Made by a program: the position numbers and the translations under genes
Part shown: in pieces, positions 11,947 through 26,029 of the stretch
Layout of the letters: each line of letters starts with the position of its first letter
Position numbering within the stretch: the first letter of the stretch is position 1
Source: Leucoraja erinacea
Lineage: Eukaryota
DNA: 64,000 nt
Assembly: GCF_028641065.1 (NCBI RefSeq)
Contig: NC_073378.1
Coordinates: 107,198,001 to 107,262,000, forward strand
Direction: 5' to 3'
The notes under the pieces: generated by a model
The model's database searches: none
What the model was told of the DNA's origin: nothing
Seen by the model: the letters and a program-made list of their open reading frames with translations, nothing else

Positions 11947-13839
11947 CTGTTAAGATCAAAATGAAAGAGAGATTATTGTCAATAATCTTATGAAGAATCG
12001 AGTGCACATTCTTTGATTAATCTTGCTTTATCCTCTCCCAGGTCAAAGTGCCAGAGAAACGATTTTCTTTTTCAGCAATGCTTTGAAACAATAATCTATG
12101 AGAAATGCTGCCCTCTCCCTCTCTCTTCAGCTAATGTAATCTGAAATGGCACAAGTGTTACATCTGAAGGGTGATGTTCAGGCTGAGTAAGGAGCCCCTT
12201 CAAAACCATAAAGGCAATTTATTTTCTTTGCAAGTATTCACTATTTCCCTTGCTGTGATCAGCTTCCAGGGCTGCCAATAGCCATATTTCTTGTGCCAGT
12301 CTTGCTAGCAGAAGCAGAATTTCATCTATGCCGAGTATTGTGGGCAAGCCTACTTCGTGACAGATAATTACCAGAGTTCCAAGGATCCTTCTGCTTTCTT
12401 TATCAGTGCTGCTGCTGTCAGCTATCATAGTGCATTCTGTAGATGTGAAGATAGCTAGATAGATTTGCCATTCCCTCGCAACAAACTTAAAAACATTGGC
12501 CATGGGCATGGACATGACAGTGTTGCGCATTAATTCCTGATTTCTTATAAATTTCAAATTTCCTGCACAGTGTAGACAGACATGAGAGTTCTCAACACAC
12601 TGGCCTTTGACTGCCTTCCTTTTTCTGACTGATGTTGGACTCCCCATGAAGTCCAATGGAAGAGTATGATGTGACACAAGAATGAATGAATGAATTATAC
12701 TTTATTCATTCATTTATTCATACATAAGAGTTGTATCTCATCAAGACTGAGGAACTCCCTCACCAAATAATCCAGGGCAGGTTAGACCGAGTACAGGAAC
12801 AATGCCTCGATTCACTAAATGGAGGGGATTAGGCACAAAGAATTAAAGTAGACTTCTGTTTACTTCATTTAGTCATTTACTTTTATAAAACAAATTAGTT
12901 TATTCAAAAATTAAAATGATCAACATATATTTAACTGCTCAATGTGCGGTGCTGTCGGGACTGCTATACCCAGCACAGTTGTGGACCATCCCCTGTTCCC
13001 CTGTCTTGGTGATGACCCTAGGCGATCATCCAGTTCATCTGAGGATCAAAGATGGATAAGGGTCTGATGGGCCATGTTGCCTAAATCCACAACGAAGGGT
13101 AAAAGCATGCCCAATGTCTCCCTCATCCTGATGGCTACCTTTGTGTGCAGCTGCATCAGGCTGTGCCTAGAACCTGTGGGCATCATGACATTACCTGCAC
13201 ATAAAATGGTGCATAATGGTTTACAAGTAGGAATCACAATGCACTAAACAAGAAAGATCTGGGTATTGAGAAAGTACGCATGAATTGAGATATAAGTTTA
13301 TGATAGGATTTTGTCATTAGATTTGTAAACTAGTAACCTGGACTAACAAGTGCAGGGATACCAATTCATCAACTAAGTGAAGGTCATAGTTAATAAACAT
13401 AATAAATGATAAGTGGGTTTTCTTACTATGTTTAATCTCAAGCACACACTATCATTGGTCTTAAATTTAATCTGTTCAGATTATTTATTGGGTTAAGTGT
13501 TAGATTAATTCCAAATTTAGCACCAGCTCCCAAAGATTAGTAATGGGGCTTCAAGGGCTGATCGGATTGAGTGTGCTCTTGTACAGTTCCTATTTACTCC
13601 TTCAGCTGCAACCAAGTCACTGCTTATTTCCTTTGCACTGGTTGAGATGCTACTAGTATTCTTTGTCATGGATTGAATTGCTAAATCCATTAATAGCTCA
13701 GATAGATATGGAGTCACACACTCCAGCCAGAATAGTCTGAAGAATGGTCCTGACCTGAAATGCCACCCATCCATTACCTCCACAGGTACTCTGCTGAGCT
13801 ACTCTCTCACTTTGGATGGGGTGGTGCTGGCTGGAAGGG

Positions 13840-14550
13840 CCGAATGGCCTACTCCTGCTCTCAATGCCAACTGAAACAGGTTGCAAATGTTGATCAACCT
13901 GCAGACCGACCAAGGAGGAAAGGAGAAGACAGCGACAATGTCCACAAGGATGCTTCAATCTGAAATGCCCCCATTGTATGGCAATGTCACCCCTCATCTG
14001 CTTTCACCTCTCATGATGGATCCCATACTACACATAAACAAGACAGGAGAGACTGGGCAGCCATGTCTGACTCCATACCCAGTGAGGAAGCTATCCGTTT
14101 CCTACCCAGTGTTTTGGATTGCACAATCGGTCTCTGTAAAGAGCAGTTGGATTAATTTCCTGATTCCCTCCCAAAACCCATTTTGGAGAGCTCATCCATC
14201 ATGTGTGTGATAACCTGTCAACAGCTTTCTCCTGGTCCAAGCAGGTGTTCACCCCTCAGTCCTGAACATTGGTGATGGTATAGAACAGGTGTTGTCCAGG
14301 TGGATCATCTGTCCAAAGGTATTGACCTGGTTGCTGATGGCCTTGGACAGAATTTGAGTGCTCACGTTTAGCAGTGAGATGGGTCTCCGATTCTTGGCGT
14401 CATTCTTTTCCCCCTTCTGCTTGTAAATGAGAGTGATGATGCCCTACCTACCAGAAGCATAGCATTGTACACTTCCAGAGGGTCCAGGCCCACCCAGTCC
14501 CTCAAAGCCGAATACAACCTAGCTGGTAAGCCATTGCTTCCGGGAGTTTC
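13840..14550 (-). mobile_element. Tx1/L1-clade LINE reverse transcriptase relic
   Basis: Minus-strand peptides KTPGSNGLPA, KNRRPISLLNV and LDQEKAVDR, typical of Tx1-clade ORF2; interrupted. Confidence 0.65.
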
Positions 14551-15524
14551 TTTCTACCATTAGCTATGAACCTTCAATACCACTTGTATTAAAACCTCCA
14601 GCTCCTCTCACATTCCTCTGCTTGAAGCACACAGTTCAGCAAGATGAACACCACCTTGCTTCTCCAGCTTTCTAACTATATCAGATCAAGTCATACATAT
14701 CAACTACTCTCTAGTACAGACACATTTCTCGAATTGCAATTCTCCAAATGCATTTCTCCAAATTCCCCAACATGTTGTCATTCAGTGTTTTGTCCTATCA
14801 GGTATAATGCACATATGGACTGAGTGTGCAAACCTGCAAATTGTTCTTGTTACATCTTCATTCATTTGAAGTGTTTCCTGACAGCAGCTTTAAACATCTA
14901 TTTTGCTTGTTTTGAACCTGCAGACCTTGTGCTACACTTGTAAACTAAATGTTGACTGCAAATTTGTAAGCATTAGCATCTGAAGGACACAAGGACTGTT
15001 GTTGATATAATTGGGCTGAAAAGTCAAGGTAATAAGTGGTACAGCAGAGAAGCAATGAACAACATTCTCCAAAAATAGATGTCTAATCTTCCCCTTAACT
15101 AATGATTTTGTGTGGTGGCTATTAAAAGGGGTTTTTAACATTTCTATGTATTTCACACTTTTCTGAATGAGATGATATGGATATTTTGTTGTAAGAAACA
15201 TCCAGGAATGACAATGATAAACTTAAATAAAACTTTATCATGACATTGTACTAAAAGATTTCATCCTGCTATTATTTTCTGTCAAAAACTAAACCAGTTC
15301 TTGAAGAATGTTTGTCAATATCGATCAATATACTGCAGTGTTAATATTACAATACTATTAAAGGATTGATGATGTAATTATCAATAATGCACAGCATTGT
15401 CCAATTCATAACTTCTCCTAATTTGGTAAGCTTTGCAGATAAATCTCAACGTGTGCAAATACCCACATTTATAGATTTTCAATCCCCACAATTCCTGTAA
15501 CAATGACAAACATTAATCTTACAA

Positions 15525-15825
15525 GACTTAGAGGTGTAGCGCGGAAACAGGTCTTTCAGCCCAACAACAATGCCAACCAGTGATCACCCCGTACAATAAC
15601 ACTTCCTTCACGTCAAGGACAAATTATAAACTTTTTACCAAAGTCAATTAACCTACAGCCTGTACGTCTTTGGAGTGTGGGAGGAACCCAGATCGCTGGG
15701 AGAAAACCACATGTGGTCACATGGAGAATGTACAAGCTCAGTGCAGACAGCACTCATAGTCAGGATCGAACCCGTGTCTCTGGCACTGTAAGGCAGCAGC
15801 TCTAAGGCTGCACCACTGGGCCGCC
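15525..15825 (-). mobile_element. V-SINE (HE1-like)
   Basis: Homologous to 3481-3770 and 54503-55147. Confidence 0.8.
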
Positions 15826-16016
15826 CTTCTAATTAATATTTTTAAAGTCAAGCTATAACAAAAATTCAACAGATGAAAACTAAATCTTGCGATCACATTC
15901 CAGGAACATTTATTCTTTGACATCAATGCTTGTTGGCTGGCTGATAGGGTCAGAGAATGCTAGGTTGCGTTAGTCATGCTGGAAGTGCTTACTTACATGA
16001 TTGGCAAATATAAAGT

Positions 16017-16297
16017 GTGTGGGAACGAAATGGAGATGCTGGTTTAAAACGAAGATAGGCACAAAAATTTGGAGTAACTCAGCGGGTCGGGCAGCATCTC
16101 TGGAGAAAAGAAATAGGTGACATTTCGGGTTGAGAAACTTAACTGCATATCTTTCATTCATTTGTTCTATATCTCTCATTTCCCTTTCCCCTGACTCTCA
16201 GTTTGAAGAAGGGTCTTGACCAGAAACGTCACTTATTCCTTTTCTCGAGAGATGCTGCCTGACCCACCGAGTTACTCCAGCACTTTGTGTCTATCTT
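16017..16297. mobile_element. Penelope pLTR pair in inverted orientation
   Basis: Minus copy 16017-16135 followed by plus copy 16140-16297; degraded hammerhead at about 16203-16230. Confidence 0.75.
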
Positions 16298-16574
16298 TGC
16301 TGAATACAAAGGTTGGGCTGATGACATTATTTTGCAGACGAGTGTTAATCTTGGTGTCCTGGCCAATGTTTCTACTTCGATTGCATTACGGACATCCTGT
16401 TTTACCACTATCACATATCAGTTTGTGGAAACATCCCAGCACAAATTGCCAGTATATTTCCTACATTGAAAATAATATCAACTCTTTAATAAGTACTTCG
16501 TTAGCTGTAAAGTATCTTAGGAAGTCTGGATATCTTGAACAGTACGATGAGGTTTTTGTTTTAAGTCTTGGTTT

Positions 16575-16912
16575 TATAAGAAACACTTTATCTCACAGAG
16601 ACTGGTGAGTCTGTGGAATTCTCACAGAGAGTGGTGAGTGTGGAATTCTCACAGAGAGTGGTGAGTCTGTGGAATTCTCACATAGAGTGGTGAGTTTGTG
16701 GAATTCTCTGCCTCAGAGGGTGATGGAGGCAGGTCTCTGGATGCTTTCAAGAGAGAGCTAGATAGGGCTCTTAAAAATAGCGGAGTCAGGGGATATGGGG
16801 AGAAGGCAGGAACGGGGTACTGATTAGGGATGATCAGCCATGATCACATTGAATGGCCGTGCTGGCTTGAAGGGCCGAATGGCCTACTCCTGCACCTATT
16901 GTCTATTGTCTA
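16575..16912 (+). mobile_element. CR1 3' fragment with a fourfold tandem of a 27-29 bp unit
   Basis: ctcacagagagtggtgagtctgtggaatt x4 (16592-16705), then the typical 3' UTR and ctattgt tail. Confidence 0.8.
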
Positions 16913-18573
16913 TATGAAAGTGTGGCAACTCACAGCTTAATCAAGAAAAAGTGCCCCATAAATTCTGAGGAAATGGTTTGTTATGAAGCAGCATTAACAC
17001 CTCTTTCAACTGTCTTGCTATCAGTTATGACATACGGGCTAAAGCAAAGGTTATCATTTTGAAATTTGCACCTGACCGTCGAAAAATCTCTCCAAATCTC
17101 TGAACCTTTTAAAGATAAAACTTGGCCTTACCAAAGAAATGTAAGTCCTTGATCTATTCAAACCTTGTGAACATGGATGGTACCTGTGTTTAACCTCTCA
17201 TCCAAAGATACGACTGTTTTTCACCAATGCAATGAAATGTCCACTTCAGTTATGAGTTTTGCAGAACAGGGCTTGAACATGCAAGGTCCTGACCCAGAGA
17301 CTGGGTTGCTGGTACGGCACCAAGGCTGACAGCTGCGTCAGAAGCACATGCCCATATGAATGTAAATTGTACAATTAATATCAAGCTCATGATTTACTGT
17401 GGAATAATGTATCTGAAAGCGCAATAGCCCCTCAATATTTTTGATAGACCTCTCTCTCCCTCTCTCTCTCTCTGACATAGGGAAGGGGGGGGGGGGGGTG
17501 TATGAACATTGAATTGTCCAATTTTAGGTAACTAACCCCCAAACAACCTGCCCCATTTCACTCTCCTCTCCCTTTTTCCCTCCATTCATTTCCAGCAATA
17601 TTCCTTCCTCTGCCTTAACAATTGGCACCTTTTCTACCATTTGCCCTCACACCTTTTATCTTTTCATCTCTGGCCTTTGTCCTAATATCTGCCAATCAAC
17701 ACCTCAAGAAAATGCCTAGAATTGTGCAAAGCCAGCCACAGATAAGATTGGACAGAGGATAAAAGGAGGGGAAAAAAGACAAAAAATACGAAGGAAAAAA
17801 AAGGTGGAGCTAGCCATAAAGAGAAAAACAGATAGTGAACATTTCTAGTAATACTTTAAAAAAGAGAGCATCTGAGTATTGATCTTATGGAAAGAGTCTG
17901 GGGAATTCATAATAAAAAATAAGTGGATGGTGGGTGAATTCAACAGGAATGTTGCATTAGTCCTCTTTGGGAAATTTCCAAAAAGTAGCTAAAAATCAGG
18001 AATTGATAGAGTTGGGGAAAGTCAGAAAAGATTAATGAACATATAACTGGAACTGCACGTTGATTAATTTTTGGCTTTTGATGGCTTAATTTTAAAGTAT
18101 TAAACGAAGCAGCTCATGGGATGACTGCTGAGTTCATTTTAATGTACCAAAATTCTCTAGATTTGGGGAAGATTCCTTTAGTAAGTGTAAACCATAAATA
18201 TAAGAGATTACAAATGCTGCAATCTGGAACAGAAACAAACGACTGGTGGAATTCAGTGTGGAGGCAGAGAATTAATATTTTGTGTCAAGATCCTGCATTA
18301 GTACCCAAAATGATGACCATCCCTCAGTCTTCACAGGTGCAACTGACCCCCTGACTTACTTCAGCATTCTTTGTTCTGCAACAAATATAACTCCTTTCTT
18401 CCAAATGGGAGGGAGACAGAAAGCAAGAATTACAGACCAATTAGTTTACCTCTGTCACAGGGAGCAGGTTAGAAGCTAAAATTAAATGTGCCAAAGCAGT
18501 GAACTTTGAAAAAATATAAAGCAATTAGGCTAAGCCAACGTGTTATGTGAAAGTGAAATGCGACATTTGATTG

Positions 18574-18661
18574 GTCTGAAGAAGGGTCTCGACCTGAAAT
18601 GTCACCTATCCATGTTCTCCAGAGATGCTGCCTGACCGGCTGAGTTACTCCAGCACTTTGT
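18574..18661 (+). mobile_element. Penelope pLTR fragment
   Basis: ctgaagaagggtctcgacctgaaatgtc...gagttactccagcactttgt. Confidence 0.75.
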
Positions 18662-18874
18662 CCTTTTTTAAATACTTAACCAATTCTTTGAAGAAGCAAC
18701 ATACGGTATACAAGTGATGAAAGGGAACTAGTGGGTGTACTCTGCTTTGGATTCCCAGAGTCAATGAATAAGGTGCCAACTCAACGGTAAGGTGGGAAAT
18801 AAAGGCTAATGGTTTGAGTTGATTATTATGTACCGAGATACAGCAATTCTTCCAATCCCTCCATTGCTTTATAC

Positions 18875-20527
18875 ATAGATACATAGACAATATGTGCAGG
18901 AGTAGGCCATTCGGCCCTTCGAGCCAGCACCGCCATTCAATGTGATCATGGTTGATCATCCACAATCAGTACCCCGTTCCTGCCTTCTTCTCATATCCCT
19001 TGAGACCTAGAGCTCCATCTAACTCCCTCTTGACCTTCACTGCCTTCTGATGTGGAGAATTCGACAGATTCACAATTTTTTGGGTGAAAAGGTTTATCCT
19101 CATCTCCGTTCTAAATGGTCTACCCCTTATTCTTAAACTGTGTCCCCTGGTTCTGGACTCCCCCAACATCGGTAACATGTTTCCTGCCTCTAGCGTGACA
19201 AATCCCTTAATAATCATATGTTTCAATAAGATATCCTCTCATCCTTCTAAATTCCAGTGTATACAAGCCCAGTGACTCCATTCTTTCAACAGATGACAGT
19301 CCAGCCATCCCGAGTGTAGATTGGCTATTGCATGTTAGCCAATCAGAATGCTTAGTAACTATAACTCCACCTAATGCATGCTTTATAGTGTAAGAATTCG
19401 CCTACTGTCTTCAGTAGCTGCAGTAGACTGAATGTATGATGTACTGCTTATATGATGATGAACTGAACATTAAAGATGCTTATGCTTCAACCTTTGTGAG
19501 ACTAAGATATTTACACCGGCAATTAACCTCATGAACCTACGCTCTACTCCCTCAATATCAAGAATGTCCTTCCTCAAATTTGGAGACCAAAACTACACAC
19601 AATACTACAGGTGTGCTCACTAGGGCCCTGTACAACTGCAGAAGGACCTCTTTGCTCCTATACTCAACTCCTCCTGTTATGAAGGCCAACATGCCATTAG
19701 CTTTCTTTATAGCCTGCTGTACCTGCATGCTTACTTTCAGTGACTAATGAACAAGGACACCCAGATATCATTGTACTTCCCCTTTTCCTAACTTGACACC
19801 ATCCAGATAATAATTTGCCTTCCTGTTCTTGCCAGCAATGTGGATAACCTCACATTTATCCACATTAAATTACATCTGCCATGCATCTGCCCATTCACCC
19901 AACCTGTCCAAGTCACCCTGCATCCTCATAGCATCCTCCTCACAGTTCATACTGCCACCCAGCTTTGTGTCATTTGCAAATTTGCTAATGTTACTTTAAA
20001 TCCTTTCATCTAAAGCATTAATGTATATTGTAAATAGCTGCAGTCCCAGCAACGAGCCTTGCAGTACCCCACTAGTCACTGAATGCCATTCTGAAAGGGA
20101 TCCTTTAATCCCTACTCTTTGTTTCCTGTCTGCCAACCAATTTTCTATCCATGTCAGTATCCTACCCCCAATACCATGTGCTCTAAGTTTGCCCACTAAT
20201 CTCCTATGTGGGTCCTTATCAAAGGCTTTTTGAAAGTCCAGGTACACTACATCCACTGGCTCTCTCTTGTCAATTTTCAAAGTTACATTCGCAAAAAAAT
20301 TCCAGAATATTAGTCAAGCATGATTACCCCTTCGTAAATCCATGCTGACTCGGATCTATCCTGTTACTGCTATCCAAATGTGCTGCTATTTCATCTTTTA
20401 TAATTGACTCCAGCATCTTCCCCACCACCAATGTCAGGCTAACTGGTCTATAATTCCCTGATTTCTCTCTCCCTCCTTTCTTAAAAAGTGGGATAACATT
20501 TGCTACCCTCCAATCCACAGGAACTGT
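18875..20527 (-). mobile_element. 5'-truncated CR1 LINE (degraded), interrupted by a solo LTR
   Basis: ORFs 20324..20518, 19996..20280 and 18966..19226 give RT fragments (DWRVANVIPLFKKG, YLDFQKAFDK); 3' UTR present. Confidence 0.9.
19315..19515 (+). mobile_element. Solo LTR (LTR retrotransposon remnant)
   Basis: 201 bp, TGTAGA...TTTACA termini; flanks ccgag/ccggc fit a decayed 5-bp duplication of the CR1 site ccggg; internal CCAAT box, TATA-like motif and ATTAAA. Confidence 0.65.
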
Positions 20528-20790
20528 GTTATTTCTCCCTACTTGGGGGATTCTTGCTCCCTACTTCTGCATTCCTTTCAATCCTGATAACCCTCTGAGA
20601 GATCTACTCCTGATCTCACCTCTTCAACCATCCTTGAATTTAAGTGCTCCCTCCTGGTGGCTATGCTGCCAGCTTCCAAGCTTTAAGCATTGAAATTTCA
20701 TTCCTATAGCACCTTGCTACGCCACCTCAGTTTACCTTGCCACGAGGAGGCTTAGCATTATACTTTCACTTGGTTTATCTACTGCTTCAA

Positions 20791-22797
20791 CCAAGGCTGG
20801 GAGATGAACATCCAGGGATAGTCAATATTCAGGAGGGATAGACAGAAAGGAAAAGGAGGTGGGGTAGCGTTGCTGGTTAGAGAGGAGATTAACGCAATAG
20901 AAAGGAAGGACATTAGCTTGGAGGATGTGGAATCGATATGGGTAGAGCTGCGAAACACTAAGGGCAGAAAACGCTAGTGGGAGTTGTGTACCGGCCACCT
21001 AACAGTAGTTGTGAAGTTGGGGATGGCATCAAACAGCAAATTAGAAATGCGTGCAACAAAGGTAAAAAGTTATAATGGGTGACTTCAATCTACATATAGA
21101 TTGGGTGAATCAAATTGGCTGGGGTGCTGATGAAGAGGATTTCTTGGAATGCATGCGGGAAAGTTTTTTAAACCAACATGTAGTGGAACCAACGAGAGAA
21201 TAGGCTATTCTAGACTGGGTATTGAGTAATGAGGAAGGGTTAGTTAGCAGTCTTGTTGTGCGTGACCCCTTGGGCAAAAGTGACTATAATATGGTTGCGT
21301 TCTTCATTAGGATGGAGAGTGACATTGTTAATTCAGAAACAAGGGTTCTGAACTTACAGAAAGGTAACTTTGATGGTATGAGACGTGAATTGGCCAAGAT
21401 AGACTGGCAATTGATTCTTAAAGGGTTGACGGTGAATATGCAATGGAAGGCATTTAAAGACTGCATGGATGAACTACAACAATTATTCATCCCAGTTTGG
21501 CAAAAGAATAAATCAGGAGGTAGTGCATCCGAGGATAACAAGGGAAATCAGGGATAGTATCAAAACAAAAGATGGGGCATACAAATTAGCCAGAAAGAGC
21601 AGCCTACCAGAGGACTGGAAGAAATTCAGAGTCCAGCAGAGGAGGACAAAAGGACATTAGGAAAGGGAAAATAGATTATGAAAGAAAACTGGCAGGGAAC
21701 ATGAAAACTGACTAAATGTTTTTAAAGATATGTGAAGGGAAGAAAAAGATTAGTTAAAACAAATGTAGGTCCCTTGCAGTCAGAAACAGGTGAATTGATC
21801 ATGGGAAAACAGGACATGGTAGACCAATTGAATAACTACTTTGGTTCTGTCTTCACTAAGGAAGACATAAATAATCTGCCGGCAATAGCAGGGGACCGGG
21901 GGTCAAATGAGATGGAGGAACTGAGTGAAATCCAAGTTAGCCGGAAAGTGGTGTTAGCTAAATTGAATGGATTAAAGGCCGATAAATCCCTAGGGCCAGA
22001 TAGGCTGCATCCCAGAGTACTTAAGGAAGTAGCCCCAGAAATAGTGGATGCATTAGTGATAATTTTTCAAAACACTTTAGATTCTGGAGTAGTTCCTGAG
22101 GATTGGAGGGGAGCTGATGTAACCCCACTTTTTAAAAAGGGAGGGAGAGAGAAAATGGGGAATTACAGACCAGTTACTCTAACATCGGTAGTGGGGAAAA
22201 TGCTAGAGTCAGTTATTAAAGATGGGATAGCATCACATTTGGAAAGTGGTGAAATCATTGGACAAAGTCAGCATGGATTTACAAAAGGTAAATCATGTCT
22301 GACAAATCTTATAGAATGTTTTGAGGATGTAACTAGTAGAGTGGATAAGGGAGAACCAGTGGATGTGTTATATCTGGACTTTCAGAATGCTTTCGACAAG
22401 GTCCCACATAAGAAATTAGTATGTAAACTTAAAGCACACAGTATTGGAGGTTCAGTATTGATGTGGATAGAGAACTGTGGCAAACAGGAAGCAAGGAGTA
22501 GGAGTAAACGGGTCCTTTCACAATGGCGGGCAGTGACTAGTGGGGTACCGCAAGGCTCAGTGCTGGGACCCCAGCTATTTACAAAATATATAATGATCTG
22601 GACGAGGGAATTGAATGCAACATCTCCAAGTTTGCGGATGACACGAAGCTGGGGGGGGGGCAGTGTTAGCTGTAAGGAGGATGCTAGGAGGCTGCAAGGT
22701 GACTTGGATAGGCTGGGTGAGTGGGCAAATGCATGGCAGATGCAGTATAATGTGGATAAATGTGAGGTTATCCACTTTGGTGGCAAGAACAGGAAAG
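20791..22797 (+). mobile_element. CR1 LINE ORF2 internal fragment, frameshifted, same family as 46409-49507
   Basis: ORFs 21222..21557 and 21732..22808 are highly similar to the 994-aa ORF; both ends truncated. Confidence 0.92.
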
Positions 22798-22799
22798 TG

Positions 22800-23760
22800 T
22801 TCTTATAATGAAACAGAACCCCCAATGGCTTGCTGGAGAACTGTCAATTAGACATTAAGACATTCTTCTCTCCACATACCATCTGCCACCCTGGCACCAT
22901 ACACTGCAAGCTAATTCAACATCAACACAGTTGTTTTTTTATATAAGCGAAGATCTCACATCACCTAATAAAATGCTACACATAAGATTTCCCCAATCTG
23001 GTAGAGCATCTGACCGCCACTTGAGACAGAAGAGTAGTTGTATCTCAGTTCTCTTGTCAACAGTGTAAACATCCACTGACCCAGCCATCTCTCAGAACAA
23101 CTTCCAAGTAGCGCACCATAAACACTTCAAAGACTTGGCCATGCCGAGACCTATGGTAATCCTGTGAAACATATGGATTCACATGACAGCAGATGACATG
23201 TCCATTTTTTAGAATGACCAGATTTGACAATGGTTCTGTACTCTCCTCAACCACACTGAGAACTCAATTTGGGCTAAAACTGAACACGAGCAAGCATTTT
23301 ACCTCCAGATAAGGAACTAGAGTTCATGACAATTTGTTCAGATTCTTCAGATGTCCATCCCTCGAGATTCGTAGACTCAGGACATCATCCAAGTATGCAG
23401 AGTCATTGGGAGTGTCCTGCAGCACCCCTCAACACTTCTCTGGAAATCAGCATGTACAGGGGGATTTACCAAAGCTGTTGAAATGTTGACAGTCAAAAAC
23501 TTTTGACTGCTCTTCAAATACCTTCTGTTGATAAGCACGACTCACACCCAACCAGGTAAACTCCTGCTCTATAGACAAAAGTACAGATAAGTTTTGAAAT
23601 CCAGGAATGGGATACTATTCCAGAAATGAGACTATTAAAAAGCATCCACATATCCTAATAAATCTATTAGGCTTCAACAATGGTACAATGGGTGTTGCCC
23701 AAGCCGAGTTTACAGATTCATTATAGAAAGGGTTGATTCACAGCTTGGTTTGGAAATAAC
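22800..23760 (-). mobile_element. Degenerate Gypsy/Ty3 pol relic
   Basis: Minus-strand peptides WATPIVPLLKPNRFIRICG (~23640-23705) and SAYLDDVL...HLKNL (~23335-23410) match Gypsy RT motifs; many disablements. Confidence 0.6.
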
Positions 23761-24337
23761 TCTGCCCAGACTGCAATTAATTGCAGAGTTTACATGTAGC
23801 CCAGTCCATTGCACAGACCAGACGTCCAACCATTCACTCCATCTACATTGCAAGCTGTCTTGGAAAGAAAGTCAATATAATCAAAGAGTTGTTGAACCCT
23901 GGTCACTCCCTTTTCTTCCTGCTCCGGTGGGCCAGAAGATATAGAAGCTTGAAAGTGCACACCACCAGACTCAGAAATAGCTGATTCCTCTTTGGTATCA
24001 GGTTTCTGAATGGTCCCACCACAAGCCAGGGTACTGTTTCATTCACCACTACCCCATTGCGAATATTGGACTTTCCCTCTGGAACTGGTGCACTGCGATG
24101 CAGAGAACTATATTTTGCACTCAGTATCTTTCCCTTTTCATTGTCGCTCAGTACACGTGACAATAATAAGCCTAAACCTACTCAACAAGTTCACTTATTT
24201 TAATTCTGAAAAGCCTGTCAATGTTTGCCACCAATTTTGGTTTTACTGCACCAGGGATTGATTTTATGTTTGGAGAATAAAACATTTTGGTTTGGTTGCC
24301 CAATTCATCTCTGCAAACGTTTGTGCCCCAACCTAAC

Positions 24338-25972
24338 TAATAATAATAATAATAATAATAATAATACACTTTATTGTCATTATAAATACATACAACAAAA
24401 TTTCAGGCGCACTGCCCGAGTGGAGCTCCAACGTAACAGATAAATAATAACGATAATGGAAACAACAAAAACGGCAAGAAAAACGTCGTCCGAATGTGCA
24501 AAATTTCACAGTATAGTGATGTGGCAGTACAAAGTATTGGCTATGGGAGCTGTGTGATCAGTGCAGAGTTCAGAGGGGTGATGGCCTTGGGGTAGAAACT
24601 GTTTGTTAATCTAGTGGTGTGTGATTCGATGGACAAGTAACGCTTTCCTGAGGGCAGAAGGGAAAACAAGTGATGTGCAGGATGAGATGAGTTATTTAGT
24701 AATAAGAAGTGATACCTTCTGCAGGCAACGAGAGCTATAGATCTTTTCCAGGGCAGGCAGGTGTGTGTTGGTGATCTTCTGGGCTGTATTGTTTAAGAAA
24801 ACTGCAGATGTTGGAAAAATCAAAGGTAGACAAAAATGCTGGAGAAACTCAGGGAGCATCTATGGAGTGAAGGAATAGGTGATATTTCGGGTCGAGACCC
24901 TTGTTGATGACTCTCGGCAGAGCCTTCTTGTCAGCCGCAGAACTGTTGTCATACCAGAATGCCATGTGTCAGGACACTCTCTATGGAGCAACGAAAGAAT
25001 GACATTAGTAGCTGCTGTGGCAAATTGACTTTCCTGAGTGATCTTAGGAAGTAAAGCCATTGTTGTGCCTTCTTTACCAGGGAGTGCGTGTTAGTTGACC
25101 GTCTGAGATCTGTTGAGATGTGGATGCCCAGGAACCTGAAACTGGAGACTCTGTCACGCTTTCTCCGTTTATGTGCAGTGGGGGATGGTCACCCTGCTTC
25201 TTCCTGAAGTCAATGATGAGCTCTTTTTTTTCTCTTTGTATTGAGTGCTTAGTTGTTCTCTGAGTACCAGCCTATTAACCTCTGTACCTCCTCCATGTAA
25301 GTTGACATTGCCCTCATTTATTACCCCCACCACTGTTGTGTCATCTGCAAATGTTATGATGGTGTTTGTGCTGTGGTTCGGTATGCAGTCATAGGTATAG
25401 AGGAAGTAGTGGGGGAGTAGTGGGGGAGTGGTGGGGTGTGGTGTGGGGGAGTGTGGGGGGTGGTGGGGGAGTGGTGGTAGTGGGGGAGGAGTGGTGGGGG
25501 GGTGGTGGGGTCTCATGGTGGATCCTGACTGACTGTGGCCGTTCCGTAAGGAAGTCCTTAGCCCAGAGCTAGATGTTGTGTTTGAAGTCTAGGTCGGGCA
25601 GCTTGGAGACCAGTCTACTGGGTACGATTGCGTTGAATGCAGAGCTGTAATCCACAAATAGCAGTTGTGCGTATGCGCCCCGTTGTTCTAGGTGGAGCAG
25701 TACAGTGTGGAGGGCAGAGGCAATGGCATCATCTGTTGATCTGTTTGCTCTGTACGCAAATTGGTTTGGATCCAGGGTTGATGGGAGAGCGGCCTTGATG
25801 TGTTTGAGGACCAATCTCTCCAGGCACTTCACAATTATTGGTGTTAGTGCAATCGGCCTGTGGTCGTTGAGGCAGGTTACGGCAGTCTGCTTCGGGACTG
25901 GCACTATTTCCGATGTTTTTACGCATGTGGGGACCATGCATTGTGCCAGGGATTGATTGAAGATTTTTGTCT
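24338..25972 (-). mobile_element. Rex1/Babar-clade LINE, 5'-truncated
   Basis: ORF 25569..26009 has [41 protein letters not shown]; FADD in ORF 25169..25516; (AAT)n tail at 24338-24366; interrupted by a Penelope pLTR at ~24790-24902 and by a G-rich tract. Confidence 0.85.
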
Positions 25973-26029
25973 TAACATGATGTTTCTCTGATTCAAAGGT
26001 CAGATTCACCCGTCTTTACTACTGCTCAT

